Assembly: GCA_033442325.1 (NCBI GenBank)
Contig: JAWQFM010000001.1
Coordinates: 728,410 to 792,409 of the forward strand
Direction of reading: 5' to 3'
DNA from: Salpingoeca rosetta
Lineage: Eukaryota; Protista; Choanoflagellata
DNA: 64,000 bases
Positions 1-13,334 of the stretch are shown piece after piece (position 1 is the stretch's first letter; the number at the start of each line of letters is the position of its first letter). Below the pieces are notes generated by a model that saw only the letters and a program-made list of their open reading frames with translations, had not been told where the DNA came from and ran no database searches. Position numbers and translations under genes: made by a program.

Positions 1-403
1 TCAGTTTGTGAATGACAGCAGGATGTTTGTGGCCATATCAAGGTCATTCTTTGCAATCCTGAGCGCCTTTTCAGACTGGTCCCGCGCAAACCCCATCTCT
101 GCACAAGGATACAAGCACACACATACACACATGTTAAGACACGGGCACGTGGAAGAGCACAAAGTGGTTCATGGAGGTGTGCGGGATGAAGCACAAGCCA
201 TCATCAAGTGTCAGAATGCAAGTAAACTCTCCAAGAACACTCCAAGCAACCCGCCAGGAGCAAACGCCACCACCATCAGCGCCACCGCGTGCAGTGGCGT
301 TGAGGCAACGCACCAACGAGCCGTCGGAGGCGAGACGGGTCCACGACCGGCTCCGTACTGCTCATGCCCTCACTGATGTATGTATGTGTGTGTGTGTGTG
401 TGT

Positions 404-441
<38 letters not shown>

Positions 442-722
442 TTGTGATGGTGGTCGTGTGAGTACAGCGCCGCCAGCGAGTAATTGATGGTGTGCATGTG
501 TGTGCAGTGGAGACAACGATACTATTGTGATTGGTGGCCACCTTGGTCTACGTGATGCGCCCTGGGATGCAGACACGCGTGGAAGTGGCGGCAATCTCCG
601 ATTCCTGCCATTGAGAGATGTTGTGAGTGAATGAAGAGTCCATGTTGCATGCGCGTATTATGTGCAATGTGTGCGCGCGCGCGTATTGTGCATTGCGCGC
701 GCATATTGTGTGCGTATTGTGC

Positions 723-790
<68 letters not shown>

Positions 791-3700
791 ATACAACCAA
801 CCTGGACGAGGTTGGGGACAGAGGAGGAGAGATTGGGGGTGGGGGCGCACTTGGACATCCTGATTTTGTTGTGGGCGGGGGGGGGGGGTCGGTATAAAGT
901 GGATGAGGTGGATGAGGTAAGGGGAGAGGAGCAGTCATGGGAAGCGAGAGGGAAATGGCGAGCAACGGGCCTTGCACGCAAATCCCAAACCCCGCGATGA
1001 ATTGGCCAAACCAAAAACAAAGCAAACCAAAGTCAAACACAAACAAATCAAACCACACAACAAGCGGGAGCAAGACGCACTGTGTGAGGGGTAGAGGTCC
1101 TTGAGAAGGTCCAAATCATCTGCGTTCACACCACCACCATCATCGTCGTCATCATCGTCATCAGCGTGATCGACATCATCGTGACCGTTGTCGTCGTCAT
1201 CAGCGATGGGATCAAACGGGTCCACAACAATGTTCTCAACGCTCAAAACCTGGTGATGGAGGCATACAAGCACGCGTGTGATCATGTACATCAGAATAAA
1301 GAAATCAATTGCAGTTGGATACGCGCACGCACGCACGCACACACACACACACACACGCACACATGCAAATACAGCACACACACACACTCACACACTCACG
1401 CACGCACACACACACACACTCACTCACGCACGCACACACACTCACGCACGCACACACACTCACGCACGCACACACACATAAACACAACACAACACAACTC
1501 GTCCAGGCAAACGGACAGGTTTGCGGCAAAAGGGGCACGGCGGGTCCTTCTTGGATGTCTGCGTCCATTTCTGCAGACAGTCGTTGCACATGAGATGCCC
1601 ACACGGCTCCATGCGCACGCTGACATACACATACATATACGTTGTCACATGTCGTGTGAATGGCGTGAAAAATACACATTCCAGAGGGGGGGGGGAAGCA
1701 TGTCACAGTCCACCATTCCCAACACAATCACACACACACACACACACACCTCTTGAGGTTTGCGTTGCAAATCTTGCACAGCTCGAATGTCGAGTCCATG
1801 TTGCAGTAAATGTCATACTCCTCCTTTGTCACCTGGACAACAGAACACACAAATGCACACACATGTGTGGTGTATTGTGAGGAAGCGTCGTCAAAAAAAA
1901 AACCATTGCACCATGAATCACGTGTCGTATGTATGTGTATGTGTGTGCGTGTGTGTGCAATAGCATGTGGGCGCTTCATGCACAGACCTGGACTCTGTTC
2001 TGGGGCGCATCGCTGATCATCCTCTTCAGATCCAATTGCACGTTCTGGTCATCACACGGATACACGTGCACATGATAGTGAGAATCATACCGAGCAATAT
2101 GCCGCACACACACACATACACACACACACACACACAATTAGCTATTCCTCACGCTATCACTACCCCCCCCACCCCCAATCCATGCACGCTCCATTCACCA
2201 CCCATCCACACGATACCACAGCACGCCTCCCCCCCCCCACACACACAACACCCCCGTTCCACCGACCTTTCCATCCGGGTAGAGGTACAGCCTTTCCTCC
2301 ACGCCATCCAGCAGCGCCTGATACAGTGATTTGTTCTGCGGAATCGTCTGCACAATCTTCCCTGCGCGCGTGACAAACCCGATGGCCCACTGCCCGAGAC
2401 GCGTGCAGCTGAGGCGGTACACGTAGCTGCCGGGCCGGTGCAGGTGGTGGCGCAGGATCGCCTGGCAGTGGATGGACGAATGGGTGCATGGACGGAGGTG
2501 ACGTGAACGGTCGTGTGGTGTTGATGGGAGCACAATTGCGTAAAGGTGTGCGTGTGTGCTTGTGTGTGTGTGTGCTTGTGTGTGTGTGCGTGCGGGCGTG
2601 TGTGCATGTGTGTTCAAAAGAGTTCGCCGCCCTTGCGCATGTATCAACGGGCCAATCAACTGTGGCGAAGAGGTGCCGGTCACAGCATACACACGGCACC
2701 GGTGGGCGTCTCACCTCGACTTCGTCGTACGTGATGAAGGCCTTGTACGCCGGGTGGTTGAGCGCGAGCACGTACCAGTTGTTGATCAGCTGGACAGCAG
2801 CAGCGAATCAGAGGATGGGGGCGGGTGGATATCGTGATGAGAACAGAGCGTGCACACACGCGTGTGTGTGCGTGTGTGCGTGTATGTGTGCGTGTATGTG
2901 TGCGTGTATGTGTGCGTGCGTGCGTAAGTGTGGTGAGTGGAATTGTGGGCGAGCAGAATAAAAGCATTGGCATGTCTTTGGCGGCATCTGCTCACCTGCG
3001 ACCACGGTTGGAAGAGACGCGTGAATACGTCAAACTCAAACCACGACACGTGGTTGTTTTCGGTAATGTCCTGTTTTGCACACACACACACACACACACA
3101 CATACACACGCACGCGATGGCAGACAGTGCATGTCAACGTGAGCGGGAGCCAGTTTGAGTGCAAGCAGGGATTGAGCTTGTACGTGCATGTGCTCATGTA
3201 CATACACACCATTGTGTGCTGGAGCGCTGGGCCTTCCTTCTCTGAGAGGCCGAGTTCTGCTTGCATAATGGGAACAAGCTCCGACCACGGCACGACGAGT
3301 CTGCAGCAGCGCGACACACACGTGAGCTCGCAGCAATGTGAGCACACACATGGCACAGACACACAGACACACAGACACACAGACACATGCACACAGACAC
3401 ACACACGCACGCAAACACGCACGCACACACACACACGCACACACACGCACGCACGCACACACACACACACACACACACAAATGCAAGTACGCACCGCTTG
3501 CCAAATTGGCGGTGCCAGAATTCGCGCGCATCGATCTTGACGATGGTGAAATCTGCATCCAAGTGGCCGTCCTTGTACACGGCCTGCAGATCAGCGAGCA
3601 TGTGGCTGAACACCAACGTGTACTGTACACACGCACGCATGCAAACACAGCGTCGGAGACATGATGCATGATGAGGAGAAGGAGGAACGAGCAAGCGTGA

Positions 3701-3794
3701 GAAAGCACGATTGCCTGTTCCAGGCATCAAATAAATGATACTCATAAACAAAGCACAAACCGCCATCCATCACCCCAACGCTGCATTGCTCACT

Positions 3795-3857
<63 letters not shown>

Positions 3858-4678
3858 CGCAATGCAATATCGCAACTCACCTTGTTGAGCTGTCGGCGGT
3901 ATTCGGAGTCCTCACTCTCCATCTCTTCACCGGCGTCACGGAAGAGTTTTGTTGCAATTCTGCAGTGGATGAGGTACTTGCGGACAGCAAGGTTGAGGTA
4001 AGGACAGTCTCGGAGGGTGTCCAAGGTGTTCAAGGAGAAGATGCGCCGGAAAAAGTCGTTTGTGTCGAAGAGGATGCCTTGCAAGTATGGCGGGCTGTTC
4101 TTTAATTTGAGTCGCTTGTTCTGATCAAGATGGGGAAGCAGAAGTGAATACAACACAAGCACACACACACACACACAATGCACACATGGAGAAGGATTGT
4201 AAGGATGGGAATCAGGAGCTGCAGGCGCAAGATGGGCACAAGTCCACCAGCATGCAAGTGTCAGTGGTGGCATTGTTTCTGGCATGCCACTGGTCTGCGC
4301 ACAGACGAGCACCAGACTGACAAAACAACTTACAGAGCACAAAGTCAGCAGCTTGCGCGTTGCCTTCTCAATGCGCGACGTTGTCCTCGCATCCACCGCC
4401 CTTCACGTTCACCATGAAAGGACAGTTGGGAACACACACGAGATAATATCAGCAGCCAGCAAGCAGCCAAACGCAAGACAAAATGAGAGAGAGTGTGTGT
4501 GGGTGTGACTTGAGCACGGCAATAGGGTATGCAAGCATGTGTGGTTTGGGGAGGGGGGACTAAATGCTTTTTCCCGTACAAGCAAATGCACAAGAACGTT
4601 AGCTGCTTTCAAACGCCGGTGAAAAGCACACTTGAACGGACACACACGCACACACACAGACAGACACACACACAGACA

Positions 4679-4717
<39 letters not shown>

Positions 4718-5308
4718 CGACGTACNNNNNNNNNNNNNNNNNNNNNNNNNNNNNNNNNNNNNNNNNNNNNNNNNNNNNNNNNNNNNNNNNNNNNNNNNNN
4801 NNNNNNNNNNNNNNNNNNNNNNNNNNNNNNNNNNNNNNNNNNNNNNNNNNNNNNNNNNNNNNNNNNNNNNNNNNNNNNNNNNNNNNNNNNNNNNNNNNNN
4901 NNNNNNNNNNNNNNNNNNNNNNNNNNNNNNNNNNNNNNNNNNNNNNNNNNNNNNNNNNNNNNNNNNNNNNNNNNNNNNNNNNNNNNNNNNNNNNNNNNNN
5001 NNNNNNNNNNNNNNNNNNNNNNNNNNNNNNNNNNNNNNNNNNNNNNNNAGACACACACACAGACAGACACACACACACACACACACGACACACACACACA
5101 CAAGCGTGACGTACCCACTCACCCACAATACAACACGCACACACGCACACACGCACACACGCACACACACATATACACACATACACACACACACACACAT
5201 GACATACCCAGGCTCGCAGGTGAAGAGATCGGTTCGCTGGAACCGGTCTTTGAGCCACTGCTTGGCTCGTTCTTTGGCTTTGTCAAAGCCCGTGGGTCGC
5301 GTTGCCAT
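1..5308 (-). CDS. CBL: Cbl E3 ubiquitin ligase (TKB 4H-EF-SH2, linker, RING, Pro-rich, UBA); multi-exon, start and stop both present
   Basis: Spliced exons give [12 protein letters not shown]..., [103 protein letters not shown]. The last exon is [32 protein letters not shown] with TGA at 1-3. The N-gap 4726-5048 lies in intron 1. Confidence 0.96.
4726..5048. other. Assembly gap in Cbl intron 1
   Basis: Run of N flanked by (CA)n. Confidence 0.99.
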
Positions 5309-5679
5309 TGTGACGCGATGCTGTGGTCGTCACGTGGTGGTTTGTTTGGTACTGGTTGGTCGTTTCCCAGCCGCTTGCTGGACCTCAAACGAGAAACAGG
5401 ACTTGGTTACACAGGATTCACTCGCGCCTCTGTTGCGCCTCTATAAGCAGGGCCGTCTTCTCAACTCCACTTCCACTGTGCAACCAACCAGCAGGCAGCA
5501 GGGGGTTGTGTGTGCGTGGTCGCAGCAAGCAAGCAAGCCAGTAAGCCGGCAAGTGCGGTGTGCTGTGCTGAGGACGAGCTGGTGGGTTGCTTGTTGGTTC
5601 GTTGTTTTTGTTTTGCGAGGAGGAAGAGGGAGGATTGGATTGCGGAAAATTCTTGCGAATCTTAGGCCAATCTTCCACA

Positions 5680-6138
5680 ATGCTGCTGGACGAGGAGGAC
5701 AGGGTTGTGCTGGCGAACGTGCGGCTGGCGTGCCGCTTGTTGCTGCACAAGGACATTGTGTGCATCACTGCGCAGCACTATGCACTCGTGCAGTTGGCGG
5801 CACAGCGAAAGAACCCAGCCATCTATTTCCCCCCAATGGTGCGTGTGTGTATGTATGTGATGTGCATGTGTGTATGTTTGTGTATGTTTGTGTGTGCATT
5901 TCGAGACAAGGACATCAGTGATGCAGGAACCGCGGGCGTGTGTGTGTATATGTGTGTCTGTTTGTGCGCGCGTGCACAGCTGCTGTTCAGTGGTGTAGGT
6001 GCTCCCAGTGGGTGTATTTAGTGTTGGATTTTGCGATGAACATCTCACGCCCTCGTCGCAATCATGCAGGTCCTCATTGCGACATGCATTTATCTCGCCA
6101 GCGTGTCCGGAAAGAAGTCCGTGATGAGGTTCAGGTAA
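5680..6138 (+). pseudogene. 5' fragment of a cyclin-box-like gene (2 exons: 5680-5838 and 6070-~6102), truncated
   Basis: ATG at 5680, phase-0 GT donor at 5839, CAG acceptor at 6069. Joined peptide VLANVRLACRLLLHKDIVCITAQHY...PPM|VLIATCIYLAS resembles cyclin-box helices 1-3 (consensus L..TC.YLASK.EE). The frame then reads into antisense GSK3 sequence and stops at 6136-6138. Confidence 0.5.
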
Positions 6139-6309
6139 ACCTCGTTGGGCTGAACGGAGGAGATGCACCCAAGGGAGATGTTACGGCAGAGAGCACATGA
6201 GGTCGAGGTTGGGCCACACATCACACCCGCACGTGTCAATACGCATGCTTGGGTCAGACAAGCAGTACCCAATCAACACAGACAGAAAGGGAGAGGCACA
6301 GGCAGGCAA

Positions 6310-6399
<90 letters not shown>

Positions 6400-7432
6400 A
6401 CAAAGCAGCGTGGCCGAAGAACGCACCCCCTGGCCGGACGTGAAGAAGTAGTACTTGAGCTTGAGGAGGTTGCCGTGCGACACCTCGCGGAAAATGTCCA
6501 GCTCGCGGTTCTAATGCACGAAGATGCGGCAGGCAGTCAAGTATAAGGCCAGCAGGCACATGAAGAGGCAGGGGGTGAGGTGAGACGGCAGAAAGAACGA
6601 ACACCAATACAACGGCTGGGCCTTGTGTTGTATCTCTGGATGCTGTGCACAACAGCTGTCCTATCTCCAATGTGTTTTGTCGATAGAGCACCGACCTTGT
6701 AGCGCTGGTCTTGAAGCACTTTCTTGATGGCAACGGCCTCGTTGGTCTCTTGCAGAACCGCCTGCACGCAAACAAAAAGGCATGCAGTGAAACACAGACG
6801 GGAATCGTTCGCCAAAGAGTTGTGTGTGTGTGCGCGCGAACGTGAGGAAACGACCGTAACATGGGATGTGCGCATAGTTGCCCATTGACACGCGCATGGA
6901 CAAGAGAACCCCCCCCCCCACACACACACACACGCCAACCAAGCAGGTCTTGCATGCATGCACCTTGAAGACGACGCCAAAGGAACCGGTGCCAATGACG
7001 GTGGGCTCAACATAGGAGAGGACATGCACCTCCTCCTGCGTGGGGTCCAAGTTGGGCACCGTGGCGTTGACTTGGCACACCTGCACCACATTGGGGTCGA
7101 TGCACACGTGCACACACCGTGTGATCGAGAGGCGCGTGAGTCGACACACCGTGGAGCGAGCGAATCAAAATCGATCGTCTGTGTCATGTGCACGCGTGAC
7201 GAGCCATGCAAACAAACACCACACCAAGACAGTTACGGCAAAACAGTACACGCACCTGGACGTTGTTGTTGGCCGTGAACTGGCTCACGTCAACGGTGGT
7301 GGCGGGCTCGCCACCGTCCTCGTCGCGCATGGTGGTGGTGCGCTGGCGGCTGGCCTCATCCTCAGGCTGCTCCTGGTGCGCATGCTCACTGGTGTCCTCC
7401 ACCATTTCGTCTGGGTTCTCGTCGGAGTACAT
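6090..7432 (-). pseudogene. GSK3: GSK3/shaggy-like kinase, N-lobe only (5 exons), truncated
   Basis: Exons 7432-7256, 7080-6964, ~6761-6696, ~6510-6427 and ~6149-6090 encode [84 protein letters not shown]. No HRD, DFG or C-lobe exon was found before the Cbl start. Confidence 0.85.
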
Positions 7433-8185
7433 GGCTGGCTGTTGGCTTGGTCGACAGTCACGTGCACAAAGAGGGCAGACAACAGTCGGCAAACGTGTCA
7501 CGCAATCGCAGGCGAATGGATCTCTTCACCACGGAGGTGGTTGCTGGCTGTGTTCGCGTGTGCGTGTGTCGAGACAACAACACTCCAAGTGTTGTGGGTG
7601 CGGGTGGGTGTAGTATGCTCGGGGGATGCGCGACACACAAACAAAAAGCGTTGTGTGCTTGCGCTTGCGTTGTCTGTATTGGGCCTTCTCCTTCTTCTTC
7701 TTCTCGTGTGTGTGTGTTTTTGGCACAAGCGAAAAAATGCGGCGGCAGATTTTTTTGCTTTCGCTTGTGTGCTTTGTGCTTCTTTGTTTGTGTATTTGTG
7801 TGTGTGTGTGTGTGTGTGTGTGTCGTGTGAGGAGAAGAAAGGTGCCAACAAGAAGCTAGAAGCAAGAGAGGCAAGAAGAAAGGCAAGTGGTCTGCAATGC
7901 AGCGTGGTGTGGTGTTACGGGTGTCGCACGCACACGTCGGAGGCCGTACATGCATGCATGTGCGTATAGTTGCGTTGCCTTTTGTTTGAAAAGGGAGCGT
8001 TATTTGGTTGGGGACAACACTGAACAAACAGACAAGGACAATGTGTTTGTGTTTGTGTTTGTGTGTTGGGGGAGGGAGGAAGGGGAGAAGAAACGTCGAC
8101 AACCATCGAGGTACACGTGAATAGACACAAGTCACCACACAGACAGACAGACAGACACACACACACACACACACCAAGTGTTCAT

Positions 8186-10359
8186 CTAATCCAAAGACAG
8201 CGATGCACGCATGCTGTCGACTTTCTCTTTCAAGTCCTCAATCCTGTCATGCCTGGCGCATCATACACGCACAAGCACACACACACACACACACGCACAC
8301 ACACGCACGCACATACACATGCGGTGGGTGAGCGAGAGGAGGACGACGTGTGTGGCAGCGCATGGGTCGCAAAAGCAGGGGCAGCTGTTGCAAGCACGCA
8401 AAGACTCACTGGTCGTTGAGACGGTGCTGGTATTGGGCAAGCTGGGTGGGATCAATCACTGCAGGAAGGAAACAAGTGACGGAGTGGGCAACAATAAGAG
8501 CGGTTATCGACCTGATGACACAAGGCACAGGTTGCATGCATGCATGCATGCACAGAAGAGCGCGGCAGGGAGGAGAGGGGTGCGGCTACCAGATGCATAC
8601 AACGTCAGCCAAACACACACGCATGCACAAAAACAGACCTGACTGTGCGGTGTGGTGACGGCCGCGGCGGCCGCGTGCCCTGTGTGCGCGCTGCTTGAGC
8701 TGGTCGACGTGGCGCCACAGCGTCTTAGACGTCGCGTTCAGCTGCTCCAACCGCTTCTTCATGGCTCGCTCCTCGTCACTCAACGCAGGCGTGCGCGCAT
8801 TCAGATCGTGGAAGATGACCTCTGCTCGGTCAACATGCAGGTCCTGCAAGTAGTCATGGCGGTGGCGGCGGCGGCGGTGGTGGTGGTGGTGGTGATGGTG
8901 GTGGTGGTGTGGGAGTGCGGTGAGGGTGGTGGGGCGAAAGATGGAGAGAAGAAAAGTGGTTGGCAGTTCAACAAACAGGCGCAGAATGGGAGAATGGCAT
9001 CATCACGTGACAAACACACATACGCACACACATACAAATACACATACGCAGACACACACACATACACGCACACACACGCGCATGCATACAAGCGCGCGTA
9101 CCATTTGGAGGGCGAGCAGGGTCATGTTTTTGTGCAGTCGTTCCTGCTCCGCCAACACGGACTCAAGGCGCTCCCCTATCGTGTCGAGTCAAAGCGAAAG
9201 ACAAGTCAGCGATTTGCGTTCATCATCACCCTCCCACAACAACGCAGGCACGCGCAGATCCTAGCACCACATGCATAGACACTCATACACACACACTCTC
9301 TCTCCCCCTCTCTATTGCATGCACAGGCACGCAGGTGCATAGTCAGTGCGCACGTTGTGCCTGCACGTAGCGCTTGAGCTTTGCGAGGAGAGCGTCGTTG
9401 AATGCGCGGCGCTTCTGCAGAACCGCCTTTGACTTTTCGATTGTGGGCAGCACCGACGCGTGCACCGTGGTGATGACCTTGTGCACCAGCAGCGCCGTCG
9501 CCTCAACCGTCTTGGGCGGTTTGGGCCTGCACGCAGCACACACACGCATGCATGGTGTTGTATATTCGCGCGATGAATGTGGCGTGTGATTTGGAGGTTG
9601 TACATGTGTTGTATGTAAGGCAATGGACAGCGACAAAGGGATGCGTGGCAGCAAACACGGATGGAAAGACAACAACTGCATGCATGCATGTAATCGTATG
9701 CGCATGACCGTGTTTGTAGGTCTTACAGTGTCGGCACACGGAGATTGGCGAATTCAGACATCATCTCATCGTCTTGCCTCCATACCTTCGACATCTCCTG
9801 TCAAGCACACACACACACACACACAAGTCACATACACGCAAACGCACGCAGAAGCACAAAGATGTTAAGGGCTGAGGACAAAAGTACAACAACTGCGCCG
9901 TGACACCAGTGCAAACGTGTGCGCACCAAGCGGCAACAACCCTGAACAATGCAAACGCCAACGCCACAGCAGCACAGTAACACAGCAGCACAGCAGCACA
10001 GTAACAGAGCAAGGGCGGGCACTGCAGCAGGAGCAGCAGCAGTTTGGGTGGCGATGGTGATGGCGATGAGAACGACGAGTGTCAAGGCCGCGCGTACATT
10101 GGAAACGCCGAATGCTGGGTGGGACGAGGCGGGAACAGGGGCTGCAACGAGGAGGCGGAGCGGGCGGATGGCAACATCGCATGCCCGCCCGCTGTCAACG
10201 CTGTGCAGGAGAACGGTGTTGATGCCCGATGCACGCACCCACACGCTGTGGCCTACCAGCTGGCGGCTGCATCATGGTGGTGGTGGTGGTGATGATGGTC
10301 GTGGGGTTTAATTGTGCGAAGGGGTCGCAGTTGCAGGACCCAAACACGCTGTCAAAGTC

Positions 10360-10421
<62 letters not shown>

Positions 10422-13294
10422 TACACATATATACACAGAGACTCCGGTGTACACACACATGCGCACACCTGTCGCTTTGCTCGTGTTGAAGGAGAGGGTG
10501 AATGTCAGATTTGATCGTCTCGAGATCAGACAGCTGTGGACCCACGCGATGCAAACAACATGAGCAGACAAGAATGTGCACGCACGATTGTTTGGGTTTG
10601 TGACCATGTGTGTTGATGATTGCTCATTGTTTGGTGGCTGTTGTGTGCATGCGTGTGTGCGCGCATGCGTGCGTGCGTGTGTGTGTGCGTGCGCGCATGT
10701 GTGTGTGTTTGTGGGTGCGAGTGTGTGTGTGTGTGTTTGTTTACACTGACCTCCGAAAGGAGTATTTTGTCATAGTATGGCTTCAAGTTCACAATGTGAA
10801 TGCCAAAGGAATGCCTGAAGACCGTGAGAGTGTGTGTATGTTTGTGAGTGCGAGAGTGTGTGTTTGTGCATGCGTAAGTGTGCGTGTGAGTGTGTGTGCG
10901 TGTGTGTGTGTCTGCATGCAAGGCACCCCTTTGCTCTCGCGCCCACTCTGCGTGCGTGTTGACCACTGACCAGACGACGACGCTGCAGTACTGCTCGACA
11001 TACGCCAGCGCATATGTGCCTGTCGATGATGGCAGTTGAAGATCAACAACCTTGGGTTGGTGCAGTGTGGTGCAGTGTGGCGCAGTTGGGTGGTGTTGGT
11101 GTTGGTAGTGTTGGTGTTGGTGTTGGTGTTGAGCCGCACGGGGCACAGAAAAGATTGGCAGCAATGGCAGCAGATAGCTGCGCAGTGTCACGATTCAGGT
11201 ACCAACACAGTACACCCACGCACAACATATACACAACCATTCACGCGTGCACACACCTCGAGTGTGAAGACGTCTGGCACATATTCGCTGTCAGTAGTCT
11301 GCGCATTCATGGCGACAGTGTTCATGAAATAGGAGCAGGGAATGAAGCGATGGTTTAGTCAACAGCTTCAACGATCCAAAGACGCAGGCATGTGGTGGCT
11401 TCACAGCGCAGGATGATCACGACACGGCACAGCGCAAGAACAAGAAGGCACAGCGCGTGTACTCACCCATTGCGGGACAGCAGGTTCTGCCAGGAGTTGA
11501 ATGTACACCTTTCCCTCTTTGGTCAGCGTAAACAGCAGCTCATAATCCCCTGCCGCCGCCTGGCGTGGTGGGCGGCGGTGGTGTGGATGGTGGAGATGGC
11601 GATGATGAGTGGGCGTGGTTTGTTCTTGTTGCATCATGGCATGAAGGCTAGGTGTGTCACACTGAACGCTTCGTGTAAACGCTTCATGTGTATGAATGTG
11701 TGTGTGTATGAATGTGTGTGTGTGCGTGTGTGTATGTGTGTGCGTGTGTGTATGTGTGTGCGTGCGTGTGTATGTGTGTGTGCGTGTGTGTATGTGTGTG
11801 CGTGTGTGAATGCTTGTGATTGTTTGATTATCATCTACATTGATCAATTCAGCTGACATAGTCGTTTATTAGATACGTTTTATTATGAGTGTATATCTTT
11901 ATTAGTGTGATAGCTGTCGTTTTCTGTGGTATCAGTAGTCTTTTTACATGTGTGATCAGGCAGTATTTGATNNNNNNNNNNNNNNNNNNNNNNNNNNNNN
12001 NNNNNNNNNNNNNNNNNNNNNNNNNNNNNNNNNNNNNNNNNNNNNNNNNNNNNNNNNNNNNNNNNNNNNNNTGCGTGTGTGTATGTGTGTGCGTGTGTGT
12101 ATGTGTGTGCGTGTGTGTATGTGTGTGTGCGTGCGTGTGTGTGTGTGTGCGTGTGTGTATGTGTGTGCGTGCGTGTGTGTGTGTGTGGTGCTTGTTGACA
12201 AACCGATTCGATGCAGACCGCGTCGTCCTCAAACGCGTGGCTCTTCGGCAGCTGTGTGTACGGACCCTGTGCACACGACACCCATGTTGACACACGACAC
12301 ACATATTGAAACACACACACGCAACAAAGCGCGGGTACATGCGTACAAGCACACGTGAGGTGTGTTGGCCAAGGCTGCAGTGTAGATTCTATCAAGCACG
12401 ATCAACCTTTCTACCATGCGTGTGTGTGCTTGCGTGTACATGCGTGCGTGCGTGCGCGCGTGGTTGCTAGCGGTGACGTACGATGCAGGTTGGGTGGTCC
12501 GGTCGCGGTACAGACACGCGCAGCACCTGGTCCTCGTCCTCAGCGGCACCGGCTGAAATGTGGGGAAGGACGGAGAGTTGCAGAAGGGCAGATACCACGA
12601 GGGCAGGTCGTGAGAGATGTGACCCGTATGCAAATGCCACATGAAACGAACAAACACGCACACGCGCACGCCCAGTACATGAAACAAACAAACAAACAAA
12701 CAAACAAACAAACAAACAAACAAACGCACACACTATGTCTCTGTCAACACCACTGCGCACTTCGTGGCAGACCTTGGAGGGCCGGAGTGTGTGCTGCGCC
12801 AAGGTCGATGATGCGGTTGACCCACGCGGCCATGCCGCCATCCGCAGCCGTTGCCTCCGCATCGCGCAGCTGCTCGAGGTACTGCCGCCCAAGCAGGCTG
12901 GTGTGGAGAGAGAGAAAGACGGTAAGAGGGGGGGGGTAGATGGGCGTGGTATGGTGGCGTTTGGTTGTGGTGGGGGAGGGGGCGTTGAGGTGAGGAGGGA
13001 AAGCACACTGACGGCATCCAAACACAAGGTGCGTTTACTCACATACGTGACACGTTGTTACACACAGACACACAACCTCGCACCTGTTTGCTGGGATGAC
13101 GGGGCAGAAGGAGGAGATGGTGGTGTCTGCATGCAGAACGTACACGCACAAGCGCTCCCACCCATCGCCTGTGCCGAAGCAGAAGGCAACCACTTCCTTC
13201 TCCCTGCATATACACAGTGCAACGCAGAGAATGGGTGTCAGCAACATGTAGCACACACTGCACCATGAGAAATAATTGCACACTGCCAACACAC

Positions 13295-13334
<40 letters not shown>

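Noticed and set aside
4409-5921. Long ORFs spanning X runs
   Set aside because: Artefacts of reading through the N gap
6085-6095. Minor-spliceosome AT-AC intron rescuing GSK3 (AG|ATAAATG)
   Set aside because: It does not match the U12 donor ATATCCT, and no downstream kinase exons exist before Cbl
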